Origin: an uncultured Oxalobacteraceae bacterium
GTDB taxonomy: Bacteria > Pseudomonadota > Gammaproteobacteria > Burkholderiales > Burkholderiaceae_D
DNA length: 61,548 nucleotides
Assembly (NCBI GenBank): GCA_937996605.1
Contig: CALKVB010000436.1
Span: 1 to 61,548, forward strand
Direction: 5' to 3'
The notes beneath the pieces were generated by a model. It searched no databases and had not been told where the DNA came from. It saw only the letters and a list, made by a program, of their open reading frames with translations. The position numbers and the translations under genes were made by a program. Below are positions 9,786-18,738 of this stretch, one piece after another. Numbering within the stretch: position 1 is the first letter of the stretch; the number at the start of each line of letters is the position of its first letter.

Positions 9786-11423
9786 ATGGAAAGACGTGAC
9801 TTTTTAAAAATCAGTAGCTATGCCGCGGGTGCCTTGATGGTGCCAGTGTTTGGTAACGCGATTGCGGCAGAAGAATTGATGAATCCTATGGCCAAGGCGT
9901 TTAAAAAATCCTTGGCTGATGCTGCAATGAATGCGGCGACCAAAGCCGGTGCTAGTTATTGCGATGTGCGAATTGGGCGTTATATCAATCAATTTATTAC
10001 CACCCGTGATACTCGTGTAGAAAATATTGTTAATTCCGAGTCTATGGGTGTTGGTGTCAGAGTGATTGCAGGCGGCGCTTATGGCTTCGCCTCGACCAAT
10101 GACATGAGCGTCGATGCCGTAGCAAATATTGCTAAGCAAGCGGTGGCAATCGCCAAAGCCAATGCAAAACTGCAAACCGAACCACTTATGCTTGCTCCAG
10201 TAAAAGCTTTGGGCGAAGTCAGCTGGGCTACACCGTTCACCAAAGATTGGCGCAAGATTCCGGTCAAAGAAAAAGCAGATATGCTGATCGCTGCTAATCG
10301 CGCAGGCTTAGAGGCGGGCGCTAGTTTCATGCAATCTAATTTGTTTCAAGTGAATCAAGAGAAGTATTTTGCTTCGACGGATGGCTCTTATATTGACCAA
10401 GATATTCATCGTTTATGGGCACCGATGACGGCGACCGCAGTGGATAAAGCCACCAATAAATTCCGTAGCCGTGAGAGCTTGTCTTCGCCAGTTGGCATGG
10501 GCTTTGAATTCTTTGATGCCAATCCACAAGATAAAGTCGCTGCGGCTGGTGGAGTCACGACTTTATATAAACGCTCTGTCGATTTGATCGAAGAAGCACG
10601 TGAGAGTGGCCGCCAAGCGCGTGAGAAATTAAGTGCAAAATCAGTAGAACCCGGCAAGTATGATTTGGTGTTGAGCCCAGAACATTTATTCTTGACGATC
10701 CACGAATCGGTGGGACATCCAACAGAATTAGATCGTGTGTTGGGTTACGAAGCGAACTATGCTGGAACTAGTTTTGCGACCTTGGATAAATGGCGTTCCA
10801 AGAACTTTAAGTTTGGTGCTGACCGCGTTAACTTCTTTGCGGATAAAACCACGCCGGGTTCTTTGGGCGCCGTCGGGTATGACGATGAAGGTGTGCCAAG
10901 TAAGCGTTGGGACATCATCAAAGATGGCGTTTTGGTCAATTACCAAGCGACGCGCGATCAGGCGCATTTGATCGACGAAAAAGAATCTCATGGCTGTTCG
11001 TATGCAGACAGTTGGAGCAGTGTGCAATTCCAACGTATGCCAAATGTCTCATTAGCAGCGGGTAAAACGCCATTGAGTCCAGATGAGATGATTAAGGACG
11101 TCAAGAAAGGAATTTACATTCTCGGTCGTGGTTCTTATTCGATTGATCAACAACGCTATAACTTCCAGTTTGGCGGTCAACTATTTTACGAGATCAAAAA
11201 CGGCAAGATTGTTGGTCCTGTCGAAGATGTGGCCTATCAATCCAATACTCAAGAATTCTGGAATAGTTGCAGCGCCATTTGCGACGATAAAGATTGGCGT
11301 ATGGGTGGCTCATTCTTTGATGGTAAAGGGCAGCCGAGTCAGGTTAGCGCCGTATCCCACGGATCGAGTACCGCTCGTTTCAATGGCATTAATGTGATTA
11401 ATACCGCACGCAAGATCGGATGA
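9786..11423 (+). CDS. tldD: TldD-type subunit 2, Tat signal
   Basis: MERRDFLK, HESVGH. Colinear paralog of 6691-8328 (both 545 aa). Confidence 0.88.
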   Translation: MERRDFLKISSYAAGALMVPVFGNAIAAEELMNPMAKAFKKSLADAAMNAATKAGASYCDVRIGRYINQFITTRDTRVENIVNSESMGVGVRVIAGGAYGFASTNDMSVDAVANIAKQAVAIAKANAKLQTEPLMLAPVKALGEVSWATPFTKDWRKIPVKEKADMLIAANRAGLEAGASFMQSNLFQVNQEKYFASTDGSYIDQDIHRLWAPMTATAVDKATNKFRSRESLSSPVGMGFEFFDANPQDKVAAAGGVTTLYKRSVDLIEEARESGRQAREKLSAKSVEPGKYDLVLSPEHLFLTIHESVGHPTELDRVLGYEANYAGTSFATLDKWRSKNFKFGADRVNFFADKTTPGSLGAVGYDDEGVPSKRWDIIKDGVLVNYQATRDQAHLIDEKESHGCSYADSWSSVQFQRMPNVSLAAGKTPLSPDEMIKDVKKGIYILGRGSYSIDQQRYNFQFGGQLFYEIKNGKIVGPVEDVAYQSNTQEFWNSCSAICDDKDWRMGGSFFDGKGQPSQVSAVSHGSSTARFNGINVINTARKIG

Positions 11424-11490
11424 TGGTCTGTAGCACGCTAGACCAATGAATAAGAGTTTTTCCTGTATCGAATAATAGAAGGAAAAGAAA

Positions 11491-12819
11491 ATGAAACAAA
11501 TGAGTCAAGAAGAAGCAAAACGTATCTGCGATCGCGTGATGGCCTTATCCCGTGCAGATGAGTGTCGCGTATCCATTCAAGGAATCCGCGCTGGCAATAT
11601 TCGTACGGCGCAAAATAGTGTGTCGACCGCGGGACTGAATCAAGACACGCAAATGTCGATCAGTGTTGCCTTTGGTAAGCGTCAAGGCACTGCAACCATT
11701 AATGAGTTTGACGATAAGTCTTTGGAACGTGCCGTGCGTCGTGCGGAAGATATCGCACGTTTAGCACCTGAAAATCCTGAATTTATGCCGGCAGCAGGCA
11801 AGCAAGAATTTAAGGCCTCGCAAACCTATTTTAAAGAAACTGCGGCGATTGATCCTGATTATCGCGCAGAGGTGGCGGCCCAAAGCATTAATTTGGCGAA
11901 AAAAAATAAGCTCATTACTGCTGGATTTTTTCTCGACACCGTGGGTTTTGAGGTTATCGCTAACTCTAACGGCGTCTTCGGTTACCAAGAATCAAGCAAT
12001 CTCAGCTTTAGCTGTACAGCGCGTACCGAAGATGGTCGTGGTTCTGGTTGGGTCACACGTTCTGCGAACGATGTGCGCTTGTTTGATCCGCGTGAAGCGT
12101 CTGAAGTCGCGATCGAAAAAGCCTTGCGTTCGGTCGATGCTAAAGCCTTGGAGCCTGGTCGCTATACAGTTGTCCTTGAGCCAGCCGCATCCTCTGATAT
12201 TTTGAATTTCATGTTTAATGCGTTTGATGCACGCTCTGCTGACGAAGGCCGCAGCTTCTTGTCGAAGAAAGGCGGCGGCAATCGCCTCGGTGAAAAGATG
12301 TTCGATGAGCAGGTTAATATTTGGACAGATCCTTGGGATGCGAATGCGCCAGTGGTGCCATGGGATGCGGGTTCTATGTTGCCACGTGAAAAAATGTCCA
12401 TGGTCAAAAACGGTAAGATTGAGTCTTTGCAGTATTCGAATTTTTGGGCCAAGAAACAAGGCGTTGCAGCGCGCGGTCGTGCTGGCAATACCATCATGTC
12501 GGGTGGCGATAAGTCGACTGAAGAACTAATTGCATCGACCAAAAAAGGCATCTTGGTGACACGCACCTGGTACATCCGTTCAGTTGATCCTCAATCATTA
12601 TTGGTGACAGGGTTGACTCGCGACGGTACCTTCTACATCGAGAATGGCAAGGTAAAACACCCAGTCAAAAACTTCCGCTTCAACGAGAGCCCAGTAACGA
12701 TGTTGAATAATATTGAAGACCTCGGTAAAACGCAGGTTTTTGGTGATGGAAGAAAATCAGTCGTGCCAGCAATGAAACTACGTGATTTCAATTTCACGTC
12801 TTTGTCTGATGCGGTGTAA
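11491..12819 (+). CDS. TldE/PmbA-type subunit 2
   Basis: Paralog of 8340-9674 with the identical C-terminus RDFNFTSLSDAV. Confidence 0.85.
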   Translation: MKQMSQEEAKRICDRVMALSRADECRVSIQGIRAGNIRTAQNSVSTAGLNQDTQMSISVAFGKRQGTATINEFDDKSLERAVRRAEDIARLAPENPEFMPAAGKQEFKASQTYFKETAAIDPDYRAEVAAQSINLAKKNKLITAGFFLDTVGFEVIANSNGVFGYQESSNLSFSCTARTEDGRGSGWVTRSANDVRLFDPREASEVAIEKALRSVDAKALEPGRYTVVLEPAASSDILNFMFNAFDARSADEGRSFLSKKGGGNRLGEKMFDEQVNIWTDPWDANAPVVPWDAGSMLPREKMSMVKNGKIESLQYSNFWAKKQGVAARGRAGNTIMSGGDKSTEELIASTKKGILVTRTWYIRSVDPQSLLVTGLTRDGTFYIENGKVKHPVKNFRFNESPVTMLNNIEDLGKTQVFGDGRKSVVPAMKLRDFNFTSLSDAV

Positions 12820-12928
12820 TCAGCAAGAATTAGCAAAAATCAGTAAGTATCAACAAGTATTTGCAAGAGCGAGCAGGCTGGCATCGCCAGTCTGTAGCGC
12901 TTGCGTAAGGATGGGCTAGAGCAAGAGC

Positions 12929-13549
12929 ATGAGTCGATACGATTTTTATTTTACGCGTTTGATGTACGACTCAGGTGACTGGGATGTGGATATCCGCATG
13001 CCCAGTAATGTATTGAACTCCTTGGTCGAATATACCACCCTACGCGTTGATACGGTGGAGCGAGTAATTGCGCTTGCTGATCCCAAGATGTTGGAGGCGC
13101 CGTTTTGCTATTTGGCAGGCCACAAGCTGGTGCAGTTCAATCCGCAAGAACGTAAAAATTTAGAACGCTATGTGAAGGGCGGCGGTTTTTTGTTTGTGGA
13201 CGATTGTAATCACGACATTGATGGTTTATTCGCGAAATCGTTTGAAGCAGAAATGATCAAGATATTTGGTATCAAGGCGCTCAAGAAAATCCCGAATTCC
13301 CACCCCCTGTATTCGTGTTTTTTTAAATTCGATGGCCCACCGAATACCAGTGTTGAGTTGAACGGCTGGGGTGATGACTTAGTCCACGATTATCTAAAAG
13401 CCATAGAAATTGATGGCCGTATTCGTGTCCTGTATAGCAATAAAGATTATGGTTGCGAATGGGACTACGACTTTCGCAATAAACGATTTTTGGCGATTGA
13501 TAACACCCGCTTCGCCGTCAATATTATTCAGTATGCATTAGGAGCATGA
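12929..13549 (+). CDS. DUF4159-like protein
   Basis: YDSGDWD, PFCYLAGH, GGGFLFVDDC, HPLYSCFF, DYGCEW. Typical position upstream of MoxR. Confidence 0.75.
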   Translation: MSRYDFYFTRLMYDSGDWDVDIRMPSNVLNSLVEYTTLRVDTVERVIALADPKMLEAPFCYLAGHKLVQFNPQERKNLERYVKGGGFLFVDDCNHDIDGLFAKSFEAEMIKIFGIKALKKIPNSHPLYSCFFKFDGPPNTSVELNGWGDDLVHDYLKAIEIDGRIRVLYSNKDYGCEWDYDFRNKRFLAIDNTRFAVNIIQYALGA

Positions 13550-14544
13550 ACGTGCAAGCCAGTTGGAATGAACAAGAAATTGCCGACCTCGGTCAAAAAT
13601 TATCTGGCTTGACGGCCAGTATGTCGCAGGTCATCGTTGGTCAGAAAGACGTGATTGATTCCTTAGTGATTTGTTTGATTGCGGGTGGACACGCCTTACT
13701 CGAAGGTGTTCCAGGCTTGGGCAAGACCTTGCTCGTAAAATCCTTAGCACAAGCGACGGACTTGCAATTTCGACGTGTGCAATTTACGCCCGATCTCATG
13801 CCTTCGGATATCGTAGGCACTGAAATTTTAGAAGAAGATACCAGCACACGTCAGCGTGTGTTTCGTTTTCAACCTGGCCCGGTATTCACGCAAGTGTTGT
13901 TGGCCGATGAAATTAATCGGGCGCCGCCAAAAACGCAATCCGCTTTGCTCGAGGCGATGCAAGAACGCTCAGTGACTTTTGCGGGACAAACCCATCGCTT
14001 GCCACAACCTTTCTTTGTTTTGGCAACGCAAAATCCTATCGAACAAGCTGGCACTTATCCTTTACCCGAGGCCCAGTTGGATCGCTTTTTATTGCGCATC
14101 GATGTCGGCTATCCGACTGAAGAGGAAGAAATCGCGATGGTTTCGCGTACCACCAATGCAGGCATAGGCGAAGCAAGTGCGGCGATGGATGTGGCTAGCC
14201 TTTTACGTTTGCAACAACTCGTGCGAGTGATCGAAATTGGTGAGCATCTGTTGCGATATGCCACGCGTTTAATTCGCGCTACACGCCCTCAAGAAAGCCA
14301 AATCGAACGAGTGCGTCAACAAGTTGGTTGGGGTGCTGGCCCACGCGCTGGTCAAGCTTTGGTGCTGGCTGCTAAGGCTCGTGCTTTCATGCAAGGTCGC
14401 TTAGCCGTCACACGCGAGGATATCGGTGCGATGTTATTGCCCGTCCTAGCGCATCGAGTCTTACGCAATTTCGAAGCTGAGGCAGATGGAGTCGCGATAG
14501 CCGATATTTTGATGGCGATACGTGAACAGATTCAAGTCGCTTGA
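13546..14544 (+). CDS. MoxR-family AAA+ ATPase
   Basis: GVPGLGKT Walker A, RVQFTPDLMPSD, LLADEINR Walker B, ATQNPIEQAGTYPLPEAQLDRF. ATGA overlap with the upstream gene. Confidence 0.95.
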   Translation: MNVQASWNEQEIADLGQKLSGLTASMSQVIVGQKDVIDSLVICLIAGGHALLEGVPGLGKTLLVKSLAQATDLQFRRVQFTPDLMPSDIVGTEILEEDTSTRQRVFRFQPGPVFTQVLLADEINRAPPKTQSALLEAMQERSVTFAGQTHRLPQPFFVLATQNPIEQAGTYPLPEAQLDRFLLRIDVGYPTEEEEIAMVSRTTNAGIGEASAAMDVASLLRLQQLVRVIEIGEHLLRYATRLIRATRPQESQIERVRQQVGWGAGPRAGQALVLAAKARAFMQGRLAVTREDIGAMLLPVLAHRVLRNFEAEADGVAIADILMAIREQIQVA

Positions 14545-14586
14545 ATTGATAAATGTTGAAAATCCTGCTGATTGCTTTATCCCACT

Positions 14587-15471
14587 ATGCTTGATATCGC
14601 CACTCTTCTGGCCCATAGCAAAGATCTTGATCTCGTCGTCCGCCATGTATTGGCCGGTTTAGGTCATGGTTTGCACGCCGGTCGTGAGCGTGGTGCGGGC
14701 GTCGAGTTCTCGGAGTACCGCGCTTACGCACCAGGGGATGAATGGCGCCGCGTCGATTGGAAACTCTTAGCACGTAACGATCGTTACTACGTGCGCGAAG
14801 CTGAACGCGACAGTCACGTGGCGGTGTGGTTTTGGTTAGATGCAAGTGCATCGATGAGTGAAGCGAGCCATCGTTACGCCCAGGTTTCCAAACTAGCTTA
14901 TGCGCGTGCAGTAATCGCTTGCCTAGCGGCGGTCGCCCAGCGACAAGGCGATGCTTTTGGCCTCTTGATTGCCCAACATGACAGCATCGATTACACCCCA
15001 GCTTCTCGTGGGCCACGGCAGTTGCAGCGTATCATGGCGCGTCTGAATCAAACCACTGCTGGCGGTGCGTTGCCGAATAGCGAGACCATACGCTCACACC
15101 TGCATTTTGCAAGGGCACCGAGCATGGTGTTCGCAATTGGTGATTTTCTAGAGCCACAATCCGCAACCGAAGAGGCATTACTGCGTTTGCGACGCATGCA
15201 ACACGATGTGCGTGCACTGTGCCTTCGTACAGAAGCAGAAGTGAAAGCAGATTTTTCCGAGAACATGACTTACTGTGATCCAGAGATGCCGCAGTATTGG
15301 GTGGCCTTTGATCGCAACGCGAAAGACGTCTATTTACAAAAAGCGCAGGCGCACTTTGAGCAATTGCGTGCCAATTGTAGACGAGCAGATATTCCTTATT
15401 TAGAAGCCTGTATCGAAGACGACCCCACCAAAACCATACGTGCCTTTTTGCGCAAAGCGAGGCCGGTATGA
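14587..15471 (+). CDS. DUF58 / VWA-like protein
   Basis: GAGVEFSEYRAYAPGDEWRRVDWK (DUF58) and MIDAS-like DASAS. Start placed at ATG 14587; TTG 14572 is an alternative. Confidence 0.88.
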   Translation: MLDIATLLAHSKDLDLVVRHVLAGLGHGLHAGRERGAGVEFSEYRAYAPGDEWRRVDWKLLARNDRYYVREAERDSHVAVWFWLDASASMSEASHRYAQVSKLAYARAVIACLAAVAQRQGDAFGLLIAQHDSIDYTPASRGPRQLQRIMARLNQTTAGGALPNSETIRSHLHFARAPSMVFAIGDFLEPQSATEEALLRLRRMQHDVRALCLRTEAEVKADFSENMTYCDPEMPQYWVAFDRNAKDVYLQKAQAHFEQLRANCRRADIPYLEACIEDDPTKTIRAFLRKARPV

Positions 15472-16637
15472 GTGTTTTATTTAGCTGGTGGTGGTTGGGC
15501 TTGCCCTTGATGGCTTTGCCGATTTGGTGGCACAGGCAACGTCGTCAACAAACCTCTGCCCAGCCTTTAGCAACGGCGCGTTTTCTGGCGCAAACGGATC
15601 CGCGTTTGCAGAGTGTTTGGCGTTGGCGCCAACTCCTTCTTTTGATCTTGCGCCTGTTGATGCTTGCTTGCTTGTTAGCTTTGGTCGCGGGAATTTTTTA
15701 TCGTGGCCGTGGCGATACTATTTTTATTTCCGAGCAGGCCGACAAGACGTGGGTGCAACAGCAACTGAGTCAGTCGAAGAAGGAGGCAGGGGGCGACTGG
15801 TCAAATGCCAAGATCGAGCGTGTGTGCGTGGAAGCGAGTTGTTCGGTTCAAACTGATCAGATATTGCCATGGTTGGCGCACCATCAACATGAGTGGAAAC
15901 GCGGTAGCAAATGGTTAGTGTTGGCGAGTGCCAGTGATGGTCAGATCAGCGCTTTGCTGCCCCAGTTTGACAACGCATTGGACTTAAGAATTTCACCATT
16001 GACTTCACCAGAGAAGCTGTTGCCCGCGACCATCTCTATTGTCGTCAAGAGTGCACGATTCGCCGAATGGCAGGCATGGTTCAAAGTATTTGAACAAACG
16101 CTTGATGGGCGCTTGCATTTTGATGTGAAAGAACAATGGAATACCAAAGTACCTGCTAGTTTGGTGGTGTGGGAAAGCCCTTTGGCACCGACGGCAGAAT
16201 GGCAAGCACCGTTGTGGTGGCTTAGTGAAGCGTCCGCTTTTGCAGCAGACATTGAGAATGCAAAAGATAAGCGCACCAGTGAATCTGAAGCGCTGAGCGC
16301 ACTCGGACTCCGTGCTTTTGAAACTAAGCAAGGACGAGTGTGGTTGAAATCGGCAAACAGCGATTGGCCTCTAAACGAATTGGGAGGCGCCAAGCGCTTA
16401 TTTGAAACTTGGCGCGCTCTGCAAAGTCAGCCACAGGGCTTTCCCTTGCAAGCGTTGTCCTTGCCTGCGGTAACCACAGCAACAACATCAGCAACAATAT
16501 CTACAACAAAAAGTGATAGCGAACGCACGGACGATTCTGATGGTGAGAAAAAGGCCAATCTTGATCGCTATTGGATGTTGGCCTTGCTGAGTTTGTTTTG
16601 CTTAGAACGGATTGTGAATCATGCCCGACGCACTTAA
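15468..16637 (+). CDS. BatA-like N-terminal double-TM protein
   Basis: WWWLGLPLMALPIWWH...RF...LLLILRLLMLACL N-terminus; C-terminal TM ending LER. Confidence 0.7.
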   Translation: MSVLFSWWWLGLPLMALPIWWHRQRRQQTSAQPLATARFLAQTDPRLQSVWRWRQLLLLILRLLMLACLLALVAGIFYRGRGDTIFISEQADKTWVQQQLSQSKKEAGGDWSNAKIERVCVEASCSVQTDQILPWLAHHQHEWKRGSKWLVLASASDGQISALLPQFDNALDLRISPLTSPEKLLPATISIVVKSARFAEWQAWFKVFEQTLDGRLHFDVKEQWNTKVPASLVVWESPLAPTAEWQAPLWWLSEASAFAADIENAKDKRTSESEALSALGLRAFETKQGRVWLKSANSDWPLNELGGAKRLFETWRALQSQPQGFPLQALSLPAVTTATTSATISTTKSDSERTDDSDGEKKANLDRYWMLALLSLFCLERIVNHARRT

Positions 16638-18738
16638 GCATCTTCGCTCATCACTGTTCTTTGCCCTGCTCACTCAGCGGGTGTGGCTGTATCTGGCATT
16701 CGCAGCGCCTTGGATCGTGGCGCAGTATTGGCCCCCACTGATGTTGATCTTTTTCGGCTCTGCTATCGATGTGTGGCGTTGGCATCGACATCTTGATCGA
16801 CATTTGGTGGCTATTCTCAATGCTACATGTATAGAGCTTGAAGATAGTAGCCAACTGCTATGGACGGCAAAAACACCGATTGCGCTCCTACAGCAGCGGC
16901 GCTTGTGGCAACGCGTCGGGACATTCCTCAATAAACAGCGCATTCAACATCTGGCGCAGAAATTACACATCTTTGGATGGCTTTTGCGTGTAGCTTTACT
17001 GATCAATCTCTTGTTGGCTGCATGGATATGGGTGCACGCCTCGCGAACAACGATTTCTTCTCCAATAATACCGTCTGCTGCGGTGACAGTAAAAAGTAGC
17101 ATTGCTCGATTAAGTATTAAAGTCGCACCGCCAGCGTACACCGGCGTCGCCGCATTCGAGACTGAAGCCAAAGAATTGAATGTGCCTGAACATAGCTTCA
17201 TCACTTGGTGTTTGCATCAGACATCGGGCGGAGATTCATCAAACACGATGCAAGAGATACGTTTGAGTAACGGACAGACACTGAGTTTGGGTTCGACAAC
17301 CCAAGAACATAAGGAGAAGCGCTGCGTCGATTGGGAAGCGAGCGAAAGTGTATTTTGGATTTGGAGTGGCGAAGCAAAGCCACAACGTTGGAATATCAAA
17401 GTGAAATTAGACCAAGCACCAACGGTCGAAATACAGAAGCCCACTGAGATGTTGCAAGTTTTGGTGGCAGATACAAAACAGTTCTCGATGGCGCTGCGGG
17501 TAGTCGACGACTATAAAATTACGAACGCGACCTTGCATCTCACCTTGGCCCGCGGTAGTGGCGAAAATATTCGCTTTAGCGATAAAGAGTTGGCCTTGCC
17601 TCAAGGTGTAGACCCACGCTCGCGAGCTTGGCAAAAGCAATGGACCTTGAGCGAGCTTGGCATGGAGGCTGGCGATGAATTGTATTTCTTTGTGCAGGCA
17701 AGCGATAACGCTTTACCTACTCCACACATCACGACTTCTGCGACCTACACAGTGCGGCTGCCTTCACCCGAGGCAAAAGAAGAACAAACTTCAGTCTTGC
17801 CGATTTTGGTGAAGCCTGAGTCTTTACGTAGTCAACGCCAGATCATTATCGATACCGAGCAGTTGTTGGCAGACATGAAAGCCAATCCAAGACTAGCGCC
17901 CGCAGTGATTCGTAGCCGCAGTGAAACGATCGCCAATGACCAGGCCGCATTGCGGCGCCGTTACGGCAAATTCTTGGGTGAAGAGTCGACTCTATTTGGT
18001 GATGAAGCCGAAGGCGAACATGGCGAACATGATGAGCACGGAGGCCAGCAAAAAGGGGGCGAATATAAGCCAGTAGATATGGCAGCGGCCTATGGACATG
18101 CGCACGACCAAGAAGAAAATGCGACTTTGTTTGATGAAGCGACCAAGAAAATTTTACGCAAGGTATTGGCAGCGATGTGGGATGCAGAGAAGTCACTGCG
18201 GTCTTTAAGCCCTGTGACGGCTTTGCCGCCAGAAAACAAGGCCTTAGAAGGAATTAAACAACTACAACAGGCAGATCGCATATACCTTCATAAAGCAGCT
18301 TTCATCCCGCCTGTGATCAAAGAGGAAAAACGCCTCAGCGGCGATGTATTAGAGGCCAAGAATTGGAAATCTAAGCCCACGAGCCTAGCAGAGCGCATAC
18401 CAACAGAGATTCGTAATCTCATCGATGATCTCGCGCAAGCGAAGCCGCTACCGGCTTTGTGGAGTAAAACTGCGAGAGCTTGGTTTGCGCAGAGTTTGAA
18501 AGACGAGGAACAAAGATTGGCGGCTCAAGCTGCTGTACAAGATGTACTCGATGGATGTGATAGTTGTCGTGCACCATTGCGGGCGTGGCTGCGCTCATCG
18601 CTAGGTGAAGGACAGCGTTTGTTGCAAGCGAATGACGCAGCGTCGCCAGACAGCAAGCCCGCTGCCACGAGCCGATGGCAGCGAGCATGGAAAGCCTCGG
18701 GATTATCATCTGAGCTTGAAACAGGAGCGCGCAAATGA
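16621..18738 (+). CDS. Membrane-anchored DUF4175-like protein (Ig-like and helical regions)
   Basis: N-terminal TMs, PPAYTG, DQAPTV, DDY, LGMEAGDELYF...ASDN, RSQRQIIIDTE, GHAHD. Confidence 0.6.
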   Translation: MPDALKHLRSSLFFALLTQRVWLYLAFAAPWIVAQYWPPLMLIFFGSAIDVWRWHRHLDRHLVAILNATCIELEDSSQLLWTAKTPIALLQQRRLWQRVGTFLNKQRIQHLAQKLHIFGWLLRVALLINLLLAAWIWVHASRTTISSPIIPSAAVTVKSSIARLSIKVAPPAYTGVAAFETEAKELNVPEHSFITWCLHQTSGGDSSNTMQEIRLSNGQTLSLGSTTQEHKEKRCVDWEASESVFWIWSGEAKPQRWNIKVKLDQAPTVEIQKPTEMLQVLVADTKQFSMALRVVDDYKITNATLHLTLARGSGENIRFSDKELALPQGVDPRSRAWQKQWTLSELGMEAGDELYFFVQASDNALPTPHITTSATYTVRLPSPEAKEEQTSVLPILVKPESLRSQRQIIIDTEQLLADMKANPRLAPAVIRSRSETIANDQAALRRRYGKFLGEESTLFGDEAEGEHGEHDEHGGQQKGGEYKPVDMAAAYGHAHDQEENATLFDEATKKILRKVLAAMWDAEKSLRSLSPVTALPPENKALEGIKQLQQADRIYLHKAAFIPPVIKEEKRLSGDVLEAKNWKSKPTSLAERIPTEIRNLIDDLAQAKPLPALWSKTARAWFAQSLKDEEQRLAAQAAVQDVLDGCDSCRAPLRAWLRSSLGEGQRLLQANDAASPDSKPAATSRWQRAWKASGLSSELETGARK

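Noticed and set aside
16470-16510. acagcaacaacatcagcaacaatatctacaaca quasi-repeat
   Set aside because: It encodes a Thr/Ser/Ala linker in the BatA-like protein; ordinary low complexity.
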